Positions 18,365 through 27,249 of a stretch of 64,000 nucleotides of DNA are shown here, piece after piece. A program made the position numbers and the translations under genes. The stretch is from positions 50,308 through 114,307 of IMG/VR virus record IMGVR_UViG_2721755344_000002. The stretch is one strand, 5' to 3'. Under the pieces are notes generated by a model. It was not told where the DNA came from. It did no database searches and worked only from the letters and a program-made list of their open reading frames with translations. Source of the DNA: a virus (Duplodnaviria; Caudoviricetes). Position 1 is the first letter of the stretch. Each line of letters begins with the position of its first letter.

Positions 18365-18603
18365 ATTTCCTCCAATCTACAACCAGTTAGTTTCTCTGAC
18401 AAGGAACATAAACAAGGTGCCATCTTGCAAACAGCACAACTCATTTTAACCTCCTCTTCTTGTTTCCTCTTCACGGATTCCCAACAATATACCCACACTA
18501 ATAGAATTCAGTACGAGAAAAACCCACCATCTCCAATCGGACATCCCCGTCTGATAAAGAACACTTAGTAAAGTTGCTACGAAGCAGCCATATGCCAAAT
18601 TTT

Positions 18604-19272
18604 TCATAGTCTTATTAACCTCTTTCTCACTCTTAAATTTTCTATCGTCTCATCTTTATAAAACGAAGGAAGTCCACAATTATATAATTTGTTAAATTTC
18701 TCACAATGCCATAAATCGTAAAATTCTTTGCTCCACTTTCCTAACCATGATATGTATTTGCCTACTCTAAAAACATTGCCAGCAAATTTAGTATTACCTC
18801 CAAATTCAGCATAAATCCATCTCATCCCGTCCCAAATCCTAAATCTAGGTTTAAATCCATTTTTAGGAAATGCACGCAAAAAGAAATCATTTCTTTTTTC
18901 AGTACACTTTACATATCTTGGATCCACTCCAGGTATTGTTTCCATTATCGAAATACATTGAGATCCAGTTCCAACAAACTCACTCAATACCCAAAAACGA
19001 AAAGGAGAGCTTTCTATAATCATATATCCCATATTCCTAAAAGAAAGCTCTGTGGTAGTCTGAAGCATGTCCTCCGTACTATCGCAATCCAGTCCTAAAA
19101 GAAAATAGGGTTCATTTCGCCTTGCAAAAATAAAAGTAGAAACAAATCCTCTATAGGTTGCTCCAGTACTTTCGTCTAAAAATTGAGTAATATCTACCTC
19201 AAAACGACGGGCGTCTTCACCGTATTCCTTGACTTGAGATTCAGGACTAATTGGTTCTAAATAATATCTCAT
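18604..19272 (-). CDS. hypothetical protein with KRLIRL C-terminus
   Basis: 222-aa ORF; LDCD and IPGVDPRY motifs. Confidence 0.75.
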   Translation of the reverse strand: MRYYLEPISPESQVKEYGEDARRFEVDITQFLDESTGATYRGFVSTFIFARRNEPYFLLGLDCDSTEDMLQTTTELSFRNMGYMIIESSPFRFWVLSEFVGTGSQCISIMETIPGVDPRYVKCTEKRNDFFLRAFPKNGFKPRFRIWDGMRWIYAEFGGNTKFAGNVFRVGKYISWLGKWSKEFYDLWHCEKFNKLYNCGLPSFYKDETIENLRVRKRLIRL

Positions 19273-19273
19273 C

Positions 19274-19495
19274 TCACATTTTTAAATTTTCTGGTTTTCT
19301 TTGATCTCGAGACGGAATGCACTTTCCGCAAAAAGCATCACAAACGTCATCCCCTCTATACCAGCTATACTGAGTTTTCTTTACAAATACTGAGTCATCC
19401 CCACCAAAAAGCTTTCCGCAAATAACACAAGTTTTATGATCTGGAACTTGCTCTCTTTTAAATTTTCTCCAAACCACTCGGGGATATTTTTTCAT
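19274..19495 (-). CDS. zinc-finger hypothetical protein
   Basis: CVIC...CGKC. Confidence 0.6.
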   Translation of the reverse strand: MKKYPRVVWRKFKREQVPDHKTCVICGKLFGGDDSVFVKKTQYSWYRGDDVCDAFCGKCIPSRDQRKPENLKM

Positions 19496-19703
19496 GGTTT
19501 AGACTTTCTCTTCCTTAACATAACCGCAATGACGGCAAACGTATTCCTTACCTTTCGTCTTTGTTTTCCACCTTGGCATTATTTTTTTATCCCCAAACAT
19601 GTTCCTAATAACAGATTTACATTTTGGACAAATTGGTTTTTCTTTTTTTCTCATTTTTTTACCTTCCTACTCTTCTGTCCCTTGTGGTTTTTTTACTCCG
19701 CTG

Positions 19704-19889
19704 TCACTCCAAACGTAAATAACATTTAGAACAATAACCATCAGATAAACAACCACTGCTATTTATAAAAGATTTTGATTTGCTTATCTGCCCGCATAAA
19801 GGACATTTAAATTCTAGAAAACCTGATCCCGCTTTATCTTCGCTTCCTTGAGTATTCCACTTATAGACTTGCTGAGTTATACCGCTCAT
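19704..19889 (-). CDS. zinc-ribbon hypothetical protein
   Basis: CPLC...CSKC, AGGAGG RBS. Confidence 0.6.
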   Translation of the reverse strand: MSGITQQVYKWNTQGSEDKAGSGFLEFKCPLCGQISKSKSFINSSGCLSDGYCSKCYLRLE

Positions 19890-19899
19890 CTTTTCCTCC

Positions 19900-20124
19900 T
19901 TATTTTACCTGTTTGTGAGTCCATCTATCCCATCTTGTCTTACAGTCAGGGCATTCCCAATAAGACACACCATCATACCCACCTTGAATCTCAATTCCTA
20001 TCAACCTCGAATAGTGAGTAGCTCCGCTTGGATAGTGTTCCTTGTATTCTTTTGGTATTTTCTTGCCTCTCCAATCTACTTTGCAGACCGGACAATGTCT
20101 TTTATCGGAAATGGTTTCTTTCAT
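19900..20124 (-). CDS. conserved phage zinc-ribbon protein
   Basis: CPVC...SRLIGIE...YDGVSYWECPDC. Confidence 0.7.
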   Translation of the reverse strand: MKETISDKRHCPVCKVDWRGKKIPKEYKEHYPSGATHYSRLIGIEIQGGYDGVSYWECPDCKTRWDRWTHKQVK

Positions 20125-20125
20125 T

Positions 20126-20392
20126 CTAATCCCCCAAACTATTAAAGAACAAATCCAGTTTTCTATCCTCGAGTTCTGTTTCCAACTCTATTAGTTTCCT
20201 TTTCAACTCTGCATTTTCCGATTCCAACTCCTTAATCCGTGCCTCCAACCTGTCACACTCGGAGAGGAGAAATTCTATTGCGGGAAGCAGTCGAGATGGA
20301 CTACCACCAATTTTAGTATGAACGTGATCCAACACTTTACCTATCTCCAACATTTTCTCAATCTCTCCCCTATCCATTTTCTCCTCCTCCAT
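20126..20392 (-). CDS. coiled-coil hypothetical protein
   Basis: heptad-rich C-terminus. Confidence 0.6.
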   Translation of the reverse strand: MEEEKMDRGEIEKMLEIGKVLDHVHTKIGGSPSRLLPAIEFLLSECDRLEARIKELESENAELKRKLIELETELEDRKLDLFFNSLGD

Positions 20393-20417
20393 TTGTGTAG
20401 AAGAATTTTCACGCCTT

Positions 20418-20717
20418 TCATAATAACATCAGATGGTAACAAGTTAGTAATATATAAACACTCAAAACAATCATTGTAGCTACCCTCACGGACCTAAATC
20501 TCTTCCAATAAAAAGCGACCAGTATTCCACCAATCAATCCTATAAAAATTTTAGGAACTGTCCACCAACCCCCTATTTCTTCCATGAGAAAGCGCATAAG
20601 GGGGTTCATTTCGCTACCATACCCTCCTAGATCTACCCAATGCTGAGTAAATAAACAATCAATAAGGTTTAGTACGAATAAAAGCAACCCTAAAATAAGT
20701 CCTATATGTTTCTTCAT
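20418..20717 (-). CDS. DUF5658-like membrane protein
   Basis: LNLIDCLFT...EMNPLM...K pattern, 3 TM helices. Confidence 0.7.
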   Translation of the reverse strand: MKKHIGLILGLLLFVLNLIDCLFTQHWVDLGGYGSEMNPLMRFLMEEIGGWWTVPKIFIGLIGGILVAFYWKRFRSVRVATMIVLSVYILLTCYHLMLL

Positions 20718-20737
20718 AATTCTCCATCCTTACTACT

Positions 20738-20766
20738 ACTATAACATATTCTTAAATAAAAGTCAA
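20738..20766 (-). promoter_or_regulatory. sigma70-type promoter
   Basis: TTGACT-17-(TGn)TATAGT. Confidence 0.65.
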
Positions 20767-21638
20767 GTCATTTCATTGCTATTTAAAATTTCAATTACTT
20801 TATTAATTTCTTCTACTTGCTCCACTTGCTCCACCTGCGGAAACTCTTCTAATAATATTGGTATTTGCGTATCCCTTTTAGGAACTGTAATCTTTTTAGA
20901 GTAGGCAAATACATATCTCACATAAGCCCTGCTACGATTATAAGCTAATATAGCAGATTTCTTTGATGAATCCCATCCATGTATTTTGAGATAATTAGCA
21001 CAAGAAGCCAGAGCGTCGGGAATGGAAAACAAATCTATAACTCCATCCTTATCCCAATCTACCGCCCACCGTAAATAACTCGACGGCAAAAACTGAACCA
21101 ATCCAAAGGCTCCGCATGTCGAACCCTTATATTCAAATGGGTCTATGTTGTTTCTATTACAAATTAAAAACCAAGATGTAAGTTCCTTCTCAAACAGTTT
21201 TCTTCTTTTATTATGAACGACCCAAGTTAAAATAGAATTAACTACTTCCAGCTCCCCTAAATAATTTCCAAAATTAGTTTCAGTACGAGTAATTGATACT
21301 ATTATTTCTTTTGGAACACCGTATTCCATTTCAATATCATCAAGTAATTTTTCATTCTCTGCTATAAACTGCTTGCCTCTTTCAATAGAATCATCTGTAA
21401 AAGAAACTGGTTTGTTATTTGTCTTTATTTTCTTCTTTTTAAAAATATGAGGATATAATTTAATTCTCTTATCCGAGAGTAATTCGTGAGCATTTTCTAC
21501 TCCCGACATTTTTAAATTCTGAACAATCCTCTTCTTTGTCTTGGGATATCTCTTCAGATCATTTCCCAACAACTGATCAGGAGTTGCAAAACATATCAAT
21601 ATCAAAAATAATATATAAACTATGCGAATCATAATCAT
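20763..21638 (-). CDS. lytic murein transglycosylase, MltB/SLT_2 family, with N-terminal signal/anchor
   Basis: YGVPKEII..I..TETNFG (catalytic Glu), GS.CGAFGLVQFLPSSY, AVDWDKDGVIDL, YNRS. Confidence 0.88.
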   Translation of the reverse strand: MIMIRIVYILFLILICFATPDQLLGNDLKRYPKTKKRIVQNLKMSGVENAHELLSDKRIKLYPHIFKKKKIKTNNKPVSFTDDSIERGKQFIAENEKLLDDIEMEYGVPKEIIVSITRTETNFGNYLGELEVVNSILTWVVHNKRRKLFEKELTSWFLICNRNNIDPFEYKGSTCGAFGLVQFLPSSYLRWAVDWDKDGVIDLFSIPDALASCANYLKIHGWDSSKKSAILAYNRSRAYVRYVFAYSKKITVPKRDTQIPILLEEFPQVEQVEQVEEINKVIEILNSNEMT

Positions 21639-21847
21639 CCAGTAGTAAAGGGAAATTCCAACAATTTCCTATCGAAGTAGACAACCCCCAACAAAGTGTA
21701 TCTGCGCTCCTTACACACAGGACAGAATATTCCGTTGTCTCCAGGAGGCGTATTCTGCGTCCACCTAAAAACCGTCCCGCACTTGGGGCACTCGGCGTCC
21801 GTGTAGAGAACCCCGTCGATTTCCACACCGTTCGGACACTCCATCAT
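21635..21847 (-). CDS. zinc-ribbon hypothetical protein
   Basis: CPKC...CPVC. Confidence 0.6.
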   Translation of the reverse strand: MMECPNGVEIDGVLYTDAECPKCGTVFRWTQNTPPGDNGIFCPVCKERRYTLLGVVYFDRKLLEFPFTTG

Positions 21848-22125
21848 TTTAGAGTCCTTTTAGCTAAATTGTACGCATCAACGATACACCAAATCCATAT
21901 CGGGATGCCTATTAATATCCAAACTGTTAAATAAACTGCTATAAGAAAACCAAACCCTCTTCCAACTTTCTCGCAATACATCTGACCAGCACCTGGTATA
22001 ACAAGACTTAGAAGAGCAGAAATGCCAGGACTCTTTTCCGTCAATAAACTGTCACAATATCTGCATTTAATAGCTTCGTCGTGAATTTCTTCTGAGCAAT
22101 ATTTACATTTTTTCATATTGAGCAC
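21844..22125 (-). CDS. zinc-ribbon plus TM2-like membrane protein
   Basis: KKCKYCSEEI...CRYC then KSPGISALLS..IPGAGQMY. Confidence 0.75.
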   Translation of the reverse strand: MLNMKKCKYCSEEIHDEAIKCRYCDSLLTEKSPGISALLSLVIPGAGQMYCEKVGRGFGFLIAVYLTVWILIGIPIWIWCIVDAYNLAKRTLK

Positions 22126-22529
22126 CTTATAAAAGTATTTAGTTTGATCGCATTGTTAAGAAATCTTTTAAGCCTCTTATATTTTTTCAAGTAATATCTC
22201 CGTTCTTCATCACTACAATTCATAGCAATCCCTATCTGGAAGCTTTCTTCTCTTTCTTTGAGCATTTTAAGTAGTATCTTTACTTTAGCTGGGCTCATTA
22301 ACTGGCTTCCCCTACGCATTAGTTTTGGGAAATCATTCCAGTAAGATAAACCAAATTTCCACAAAAGATTTCCATCATTATAACTATCTCTAAAATATCC
22401 TGTTGCGGGATACATCTTACTCCAATAGTATTCCCATTTCCGTCTCCCAGGTTTAGCTTTATCTAATTCTTTTCGCCAGCGTTTTGTAGTTTCGTTTGTA
22501 ATCTTTTCAATATAAAGATCAGCCCCCAT
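22113..22529 (-). CDS. conserved hypothetical phage protein
   Basis: MGADLYI...GYFRDSYN. Confidence 0.7.
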   Translation of the reverse strand: MGADLYIEKITNETTKRWRKELDKAKPGRRKWEYYWSKMYPATGYFRDSYNDGNLLWKFGLSYWNDFPKLMRRGSQLMSPAKVKILLKMLKEREESFQIGIAMNCSDEERRYYLKKYKRLKRFLNNAIKLNTFIRCSI

Positions 22530-22782
22530 TTTTAACTTCCTCCTCTTTCAAAATTATTTCTTCTATTTTAAAATATTTACCGCTTTTATCAGCAACTTTC
22601 CACCATTCTTCAATTCTTGAATCATCTCCGTAAATAGTTATAAATGCGGTAACTTTAAAAAATCCAACAGATATATTGGTTCTAAGACTTAATATTCCAA
22701 ATCTCTCTTCTAAATCATCTACCAGCATCGAAACATAAATAAACTTTTTGCCAATTCCAGATGTTACTTTAAACCTTCTCAT
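22519..22782 (-). CDS. hypothetical protein
   Basis: GGAGG RBS. Confidence 0.6.
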   Translation of the reverse strand: MRRFKVTSGIGKKFIYVSMLVDDLEERFGILSLRTNISVGFFKVTAFITIYGDDSRIEEWWKVADKSGKYFKIEEIILKEEEVKNGG

Positions 22783-22929
22783 AAATTTCCTCCAAAATTT
22801 CTATTCAACTTTAAATCCTTCCAAACATTTAAAACAGTACCACCACGTTGAATTAGGACCATACCCATAAAGTTCCAAGGTTTCAGTATTACATTTTGGA
22901 CATTTCATCTTTCCCCTCCCTTCGAGACT

Positions 22930-23142
22930 CTACTTCCACATTAATCTATAAGCTTCCTCTCCGTTCTTTGCACAAGAAGTACATATAAACGAATCAAATT
23001 CGTATGCACATCCTAAATGCCACATTCTACAATATTTATATAGCTTCTTACACACTTCACACTTTGTCCACAAAAGTTTGGGGAACCAAGTAAGTTTTAG
23101 GATTTTAATATCTTCTTTAACTTTCATCTCATTTCCCTCCAA
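22930..23142 (-). CDS. zinc-finger hypothetical protein
   Basis: CEVC...CTSC. Confidence 0.6.
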   Translation of the reverse strand: MEGNEMKVKEDIKILKLTWFPKLLWTKCEVCKKLYKYCRMWHLGCAYEFDSFICTSCAKNGEEAYRLMWK

Positions 23143-23149
23143 ATTTTAT

Positions 23150-23860
23150 TTAAACACCCTCCAAGGCGCACCAGGAATTTATAATACCATAATCTGCTTT
23201 AAAATCATTTACAGTTTTTCCATCCCTAAAAATGAAAGTGCCATTTTTCTCTCGAGGGGATAAATCTGTAGCCCAATTCTTCCCTATACTGTGTAACATT
23301 TCGTGCTGTTCTTCCCTGCCTTTGTTCATTAACTCTTTGTGAGAAAAAAATGCCTGACAATACATTGAAAGACTATTCCGTTCCCAATCTTGACATCTCC
23401 ACAAGAAATAATTAGCTATTTCCTCTTTAGGAATATTAAAAGCTCTAGCATCAAAAACAGATACTTTTCCTTCCAACCCCGTCATACCTAACTCCCAAAA
23501 ATCATTGAAATAGGCAGTCATCGTTGATGCCGAAACACTCACAATTTTATTTAAATTATAGTTAAACCAGGCTTCCGTCTCCAACTTATCATAGTCGGTT
23601 AATAAGAAAGATGCTTCATCGGACTGAACATACCCGAGTTTGAAACCTTGCATTTCTTCAGCAGTTTTTTCAGTAGCATACAACATAGAGTTCATAAAAT
23701 GCGGAAAAAAGGGAGCCTCTAAATGCTTTTTCATCTTTGATGTTAGAGTATGAAATGCCTTACCATCTACCCTAATAATAACAGGCGTTCTTCTAGTAAG
23801 ATAAATTCTATAGCTATCTTCGTAATTACGCTTTATTCTGTCCCCTAATTCGTTTTCCAT
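23150..23860 (-). CDS. tRNA(His) guanylyltransferase Thg1-like protein (3'-5' polymerase)
   Basis: IIRVDGKAFHT, YVQSDEASF, FDARAF, NYFLWRCQDWERNS, FFSHKEL. Confidence 0.93.
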   Translation of the reverse strand: MENELGDRIKRNYEDSYRIYLTRRTPVIIRVDGKAFHTLTSKMKKHLEAPFFPHFMNSMLYATEKTAEEMQGFKLGYVQSDEASFLLTDYDKLETEAWFNYNLNKIVSVSASTMTAYFNDFWELGMTGLEGKVSVFDARAFNIPKEEIANYFLWRCQDWERNSLSMYCQAFFSHKELMNKGREEQHEMLHSIGKNWATDLSPREKNGTFIFRDGKTVNDFKADYGIINSWCALEGV

Positions 23861-23999
23861 TTTTCTTCTAATACAGCACTCTCGCAGACTTTACATTTTC
23901 CGTTTTTATAAACTCTAAAATAAGAATCTATCCAAAGAGCACCCTTACAAATTCGGCACAATCCAATATATTTTAAATCTCTTAAAACAAATAATGAAA

Positions 24000-24239
24000 T
24001 CACTTTCTCTGCCATCCTATCTTTTTACTAATTCTAACGTGTTCTTCGTTACCAACTTCATTCCTTTTTTCATCTATTTTTTTAGCATAATACTGACCAA
24101 TCTCACCAGTAAAAAATGGGTCTCCGATTTCAGCAAATCTCCACTTTCTCAAAAGTTCCTCGTAAGAGGCACTATCAATCCACTCTTTCTGTTTAAATTT
24201 ACTAAAAAATCCTTTGTCCAAATCCTCAAGACTCTTCAT
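24000..24239 (-). CDS. conserved hypothetical phage protein
   Basis: WID.ASYEELLRKWRFA..GDP.F.G...SKKIGW. Confidence 0.7.
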   Translation of the reverse strand: MKSLEDLDKGFFSKFKQKEWIDSASYEELLRKWRFAEIGDPFFTGEIGQYYAKKIDEKRNEVGNEEHVRISKKIGWQRK

Positions 24240-24823
24240 TTTTGCAATCTTATCATTCTTCTAAATTTAATGTATTTTGGAAAGACACACTTTATTTCTT
24301 CGACAGTAGCTAATCTAAATCTCTCTTTCCACCACCCTCCAGGCGGATATTTAAAATATACATACTCCGTTTTATCATTGCCCACCGGACGCCTAACTTC
24401 ATCAACAATATAAATTTCACCTTGTCTCAATCTCACAGAGTCGGGCGGAGCATCAATACAAATAACTCTGTCTCCAGATTTAAATTTATCCATCTCTGCT
24501 CCTTCTTCTTCATCTCCTATAAAAGAAGTCTGCCAGGCATTATTAGTACCAACAAATTGATTATACCATTGTTCTCTCAGACTCAAAGACTGAAGATCTC
24601 CCTGATTTATATTTACGTCACCTATCACACAAATAGTTTCTTCAGGCCGAGGCCATAAATGAATTTCGTGCTCAAAATACGCCTCAGAACAAATAAGACA
24701 CTTACCCAAATGTTCTCTTCTTCCAGATAAGGTTGCCACTGTAGTTACACAATTTTTACACATTCTTCTACCGCATTTGGGACATATTAAATCTCCAGCA
24801 CAACATTCAATATGTTCGATCAT
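24236..24823 (-). CDS. Cys-rich plus SH3-like hypothetical protein with RRMIRL tail
   Basis: N-terminal CxxC pairs, KFKSGDRVIC, ends FRRMIRLQK. Confidence 0.7.
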   Translation of the reverse strand: MIEHIECCAGDLICPKCGRRMCKNCVTTVATLSGRREHLGKCLICSEAYFEHEIHLWPRPEETICVIGDVNINQGDLQSLSLREQWYNQFVGTNNAWQTSFIGDEEEGAEMDKFKSGDRVICIDAPPDSVRLRQGEIYIVDEVRRPVGNDKTEYVYFKYPPGGWWKERFRLATVEEIKCVFPKYIKFRRMIRLQK

Positions 24824-24840
24824 AGCTTACCTAAAAAATA

Positions 24841-24916
24841 TTTAGCAGGGAATTTTACGATAAGAAGACTAACGAACAGCGCCCTTTCCTTAATCGCCCT
24901 TATCAACCCTGCTAAA
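24841..24916 (-). other. long intergenic hairpin
   Basis: TTTAGCAGGG/CCCTGCTAAA outer and GATAAG/CTTATC inner stems. Confidence 0.55.
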
Positions 24917-24917
24917 A

Positions 24918-25127
24918 CTAATTGTACCCTCTGACTTTTGTCCACTCACCAATATCTAGCTTCTTGCGAAACGAGTTGATGAGCTTTATTATCTCATCGT
25001 TTGTGTAGTAAGCTAACTCTTCAAAAGTACACTTGACTACTTCCTTTATCTGAGCTATATTGACTTCTACTTTCTTGCCTTCTTTTTCGGAAATACTCTT
25101 AACCAAACTATTTTGATTGATAGCCAT
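24918..25127 (-). CDS. truncated HU-like DNA-binding protein
   Basis: N..LVKSISEKEG....I.QIKEVV...FEEL matches HU helices 1-2; beta-arm motifs absent. Confidence 0.55.
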   Translation of the reverse strand: MAINQNSLVKSISEKEGKKVEVNIAQIKEVVKCTFEELAYYTNDEIIKLINSFRKKLDIGEWTKVRGYN

Positions 25128-25306
25128 TCTAAATCACCTCCCTTCTCTTAGTATAAACAACCCAGCAGTCGGTCCATAGCGGACATTTAGGAGCGCCCGT
25201 TGTAGTAAAACAATGGTCCTTCACATATTCATTATCAACATTTTCGTCGGCAAAAAATTCGCAATCAATATCTATTTCTCTACCATCTGTTCGTCTTATA
25301 ATCATT

Positions 25307-25699
25307 TTATATCGAGCTCAATTCCATTCTTCTTAGAAATCTTCCGTCTTTCCATCTCATATGCTCCTTTACTAAAAGTAGTCCAAAATAACTTTGTTTC
25401 TCATTCCTATCGTAAAAAACAAAACAAGTGCTATCGTTACTATTTAAAACTACCCTACCAGGACATGAATTCATACCTTCGCATTCATAAAACCCAGGGC
25501 AAGGAATAAAATTACGGACTTCAAATCTGTCCCCGCTAAAAACCTCTTTCCTAGAGCTGATAGGTAAATAGTTAATATTAACATAGCTAATATGATAGAA
25601 AGTACCAAATTTTATCCAAGCTGACTTGCCGCTATGAATTTTAACTTCATAAACACCTGGAGGAAAAAGGAAGCGATTAATCTTTTGAGGAAGTTTCAT
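25307..25699 (-). CDS. hypothetical protein
   Basis: overlapping ORF in operon. Confidence 0.6.
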   Translation of the reverse strand: MKLPQKINRFLFPPGVYEVKIHSGKSAWIKFGTFYHISYVNINYLPISSRKEVFSGDRFEVRNFIPCPGFYECEGMNSCPGRVVLNSNDSTCFVFYDRNEKQSYFGLLLVKEHMRWKDGRFLRRMELSSI

Positions 25700-26483
25700 T
25701 AAAATTATCCTCTAAAATGCGCATCAACAATTCCTCTGCTCTATTGTAATCAGGCTTGTCTTTCAGCGTACTATGAATATATGCTTGTTCAGCCAATCCA
25801 AATAGCTTCTCAGCTTCTCTTTTCACCTGTTCCAGAGTCCACTCCCCATTTTTTATAGAAATGAGTTGTGGAGCATCCTCACGCTCTACATACAAAACAC
25901 CCTCAGTAAGAAACTCTATCCCCATCTTTAGAAGACGAATCAAATGTGCTCCATTTTTACAATCAAACCCGAACTTCTCTACAAGTTTTTTTCTCTTCTC
26001 CCCCATATAACCTTCAAATTTAAAATGTGTCATTCTTTTAAACTGTCCATACGCATATCCGCTAAAAGAATGATAGGCATGCTTGCTCACAAATATATCA
26101 CGGTTATCAATAAGCAACTGCCCGTATTTATTCCTACTTAAATAATACTTCTCTGGTAGCCACAACATCATCATAACATTGGGGTTACATTTAAGAAGAA
26201 GCCCAACAAACTTCCTTAACTCGTATAGAATAATATCCCACTCCTGAACCTGTCTTTCATAAACTTCCCTTTTCCCAAATCCTAAATAATGATTCTTAGG
26301 CGCAATAAAGATACCCATAACATCTTTGTCATCCGTGCTGTTTGGCTTATTAGAAGGAAGATAAGTACCGTGCGCTATTGACCCTCTATATCCAGATAAA
26401 ACTATATTCAACGGATTGTTGTTTCCATCCGTAAATAATTCTTTAGTCTTCTCGTCTGACAAACCTTTTAAGTTCATTATCAT
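25677..26483 (-). CDS. DNA polymerase beta-superfamily nucleotidyltransferase (phage YcgL/RlaP-like)
   Basis: YRGSIAHG...STDDKDVMGIF, NPNV, GYAYGQ, K.GAHLIRLL. Confidence 0.85.
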   Translation of the reverse strand: MIMNLKGLSDEKTKELFTDGNNNPLNIVLSGYRGSIAHGTYLPSNKPNSTDDKDVMGIFIAPKNHYLGFGKREVYERQVQEWDIILYELRKFVGLLLKCNPNVMMMLWLPEKYYLSRNKYGQLLIDNRDIFVSKHAYHSFSGYAYGQFKRMTHFKFEGYMGEKRKKLVEKFGFDCKNGAHLIRLLKMGIEFLTEGVLYVEREDAPQLISIKNGEWTLEQVKREAEKLFGLAEQAYIHSTLKDKPDYNRAEELLMRILEDNFNETSSKD

Positions 26484-26725
26484 AACCTAAACAAACGATA
26501 CGATTTCTTCTCTAAACAACCTCTTCCATCGGGATCATTTTTCTTATCCAAAGCCGTAGCAAGTTCTGACATTAGAATATGAGCATTGTTATTGTGCTTC
26601 AAATACTCCTGAAAAATCTCTCCACGATCTCCGGTTGAAATACCAGAAAATAAAGCAAAAAACAATTCCCACATCCCGTTGATTTCTTTACTCAAAGCGA
26701 ATAAAAGCTCGTGCTTCTCTTCCAT
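26480..26725 (-). CDS. hypothetical protein with RLFRL C-terminus
   Basis: coupled ORF. Confidence 0.6.
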   Translation of the reverse strand: MEEKHELLFALSKEINGMWELFFALFSGISTGDRGEIFQEYLKHNNNAHILMSELATALDKKNDPDGRGCLEKKSYRLFRL

Positions 26726-26877
26726 TACTTTGCCTCATAATGAGTATGATACAAATAATACTGGCACGTCTTATTCTCTTGATGATATGAATAGGGATAA
26801 GGAGCTTTAGGTAGAACTGTTAAATTACTGCATCCAACTATCCCCGCTAAAACCAATCCAATCAATAGCCATCTCAT
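26725..26877 (-). CDS. small lipoprotein
   Basis: Start refined to MRWLLIGLVLAGIVG-C lipobox. Confidence 0.6.
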   Translation of the reverse strand: MRWLLIGLVLAGIVGCSNLTVLPKAPYPYSYHQENKTCQYYLYHTHYEAK

Positions 26878-27125
26878 TTTTCCCTCCGAGTGTCCCGCAA
26901 AACTTCCCTTACTAAGTATCCGAGCGTTGCAACACCAACTACCCCCAACAAAATTAGTACAACCCACCATCCGATATCAGAACCATCATAATCCGGAGTA
27001 GATCGAAGGAAAGATGGAATCCAGTTAGAAGGAATATAACCCTTTTCCAATATTTCCTTTACAGCATCAGGATGTGGATTAGGACCAAGAATTGTCTCTA
27101 TTAATTCTATTATTTCTTCATTCAT
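26874..27125 (-). CDS. membrane protein, probably leaderless
   Basis: Start refined to MNEEII, 7 nt after a -10 box; C-terminal TM helix. Confidence 0.6.
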   Translation of the reverse strand: MNEEIIELIETILGPNPHPDAVKEILEKGYIPSNWIPSFLRSTPDYDGSDIGWWVVLILLGVVGVATLGYLVREVLRDTRREK

Positions 27126-27132
27126 ATAATAT

Positions 27133-27161
27133 ATTATACCAAATTCAAAATATAATGTCAA
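27133..27161 (-). promoter_or_regulatory. sigma70-type promoter
   Basis: TTGACA-17-(TGG)TATAAT. Confidence 0.8.
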
Positions 27162-27249
27162 CCCAGAAAATGATTGGTGCAGATATGAGGCATTTATCTC
27201 ATACGGCTGGAGACCTCCGCTAGCACCCGCTATACTGCACCATTCTAAC

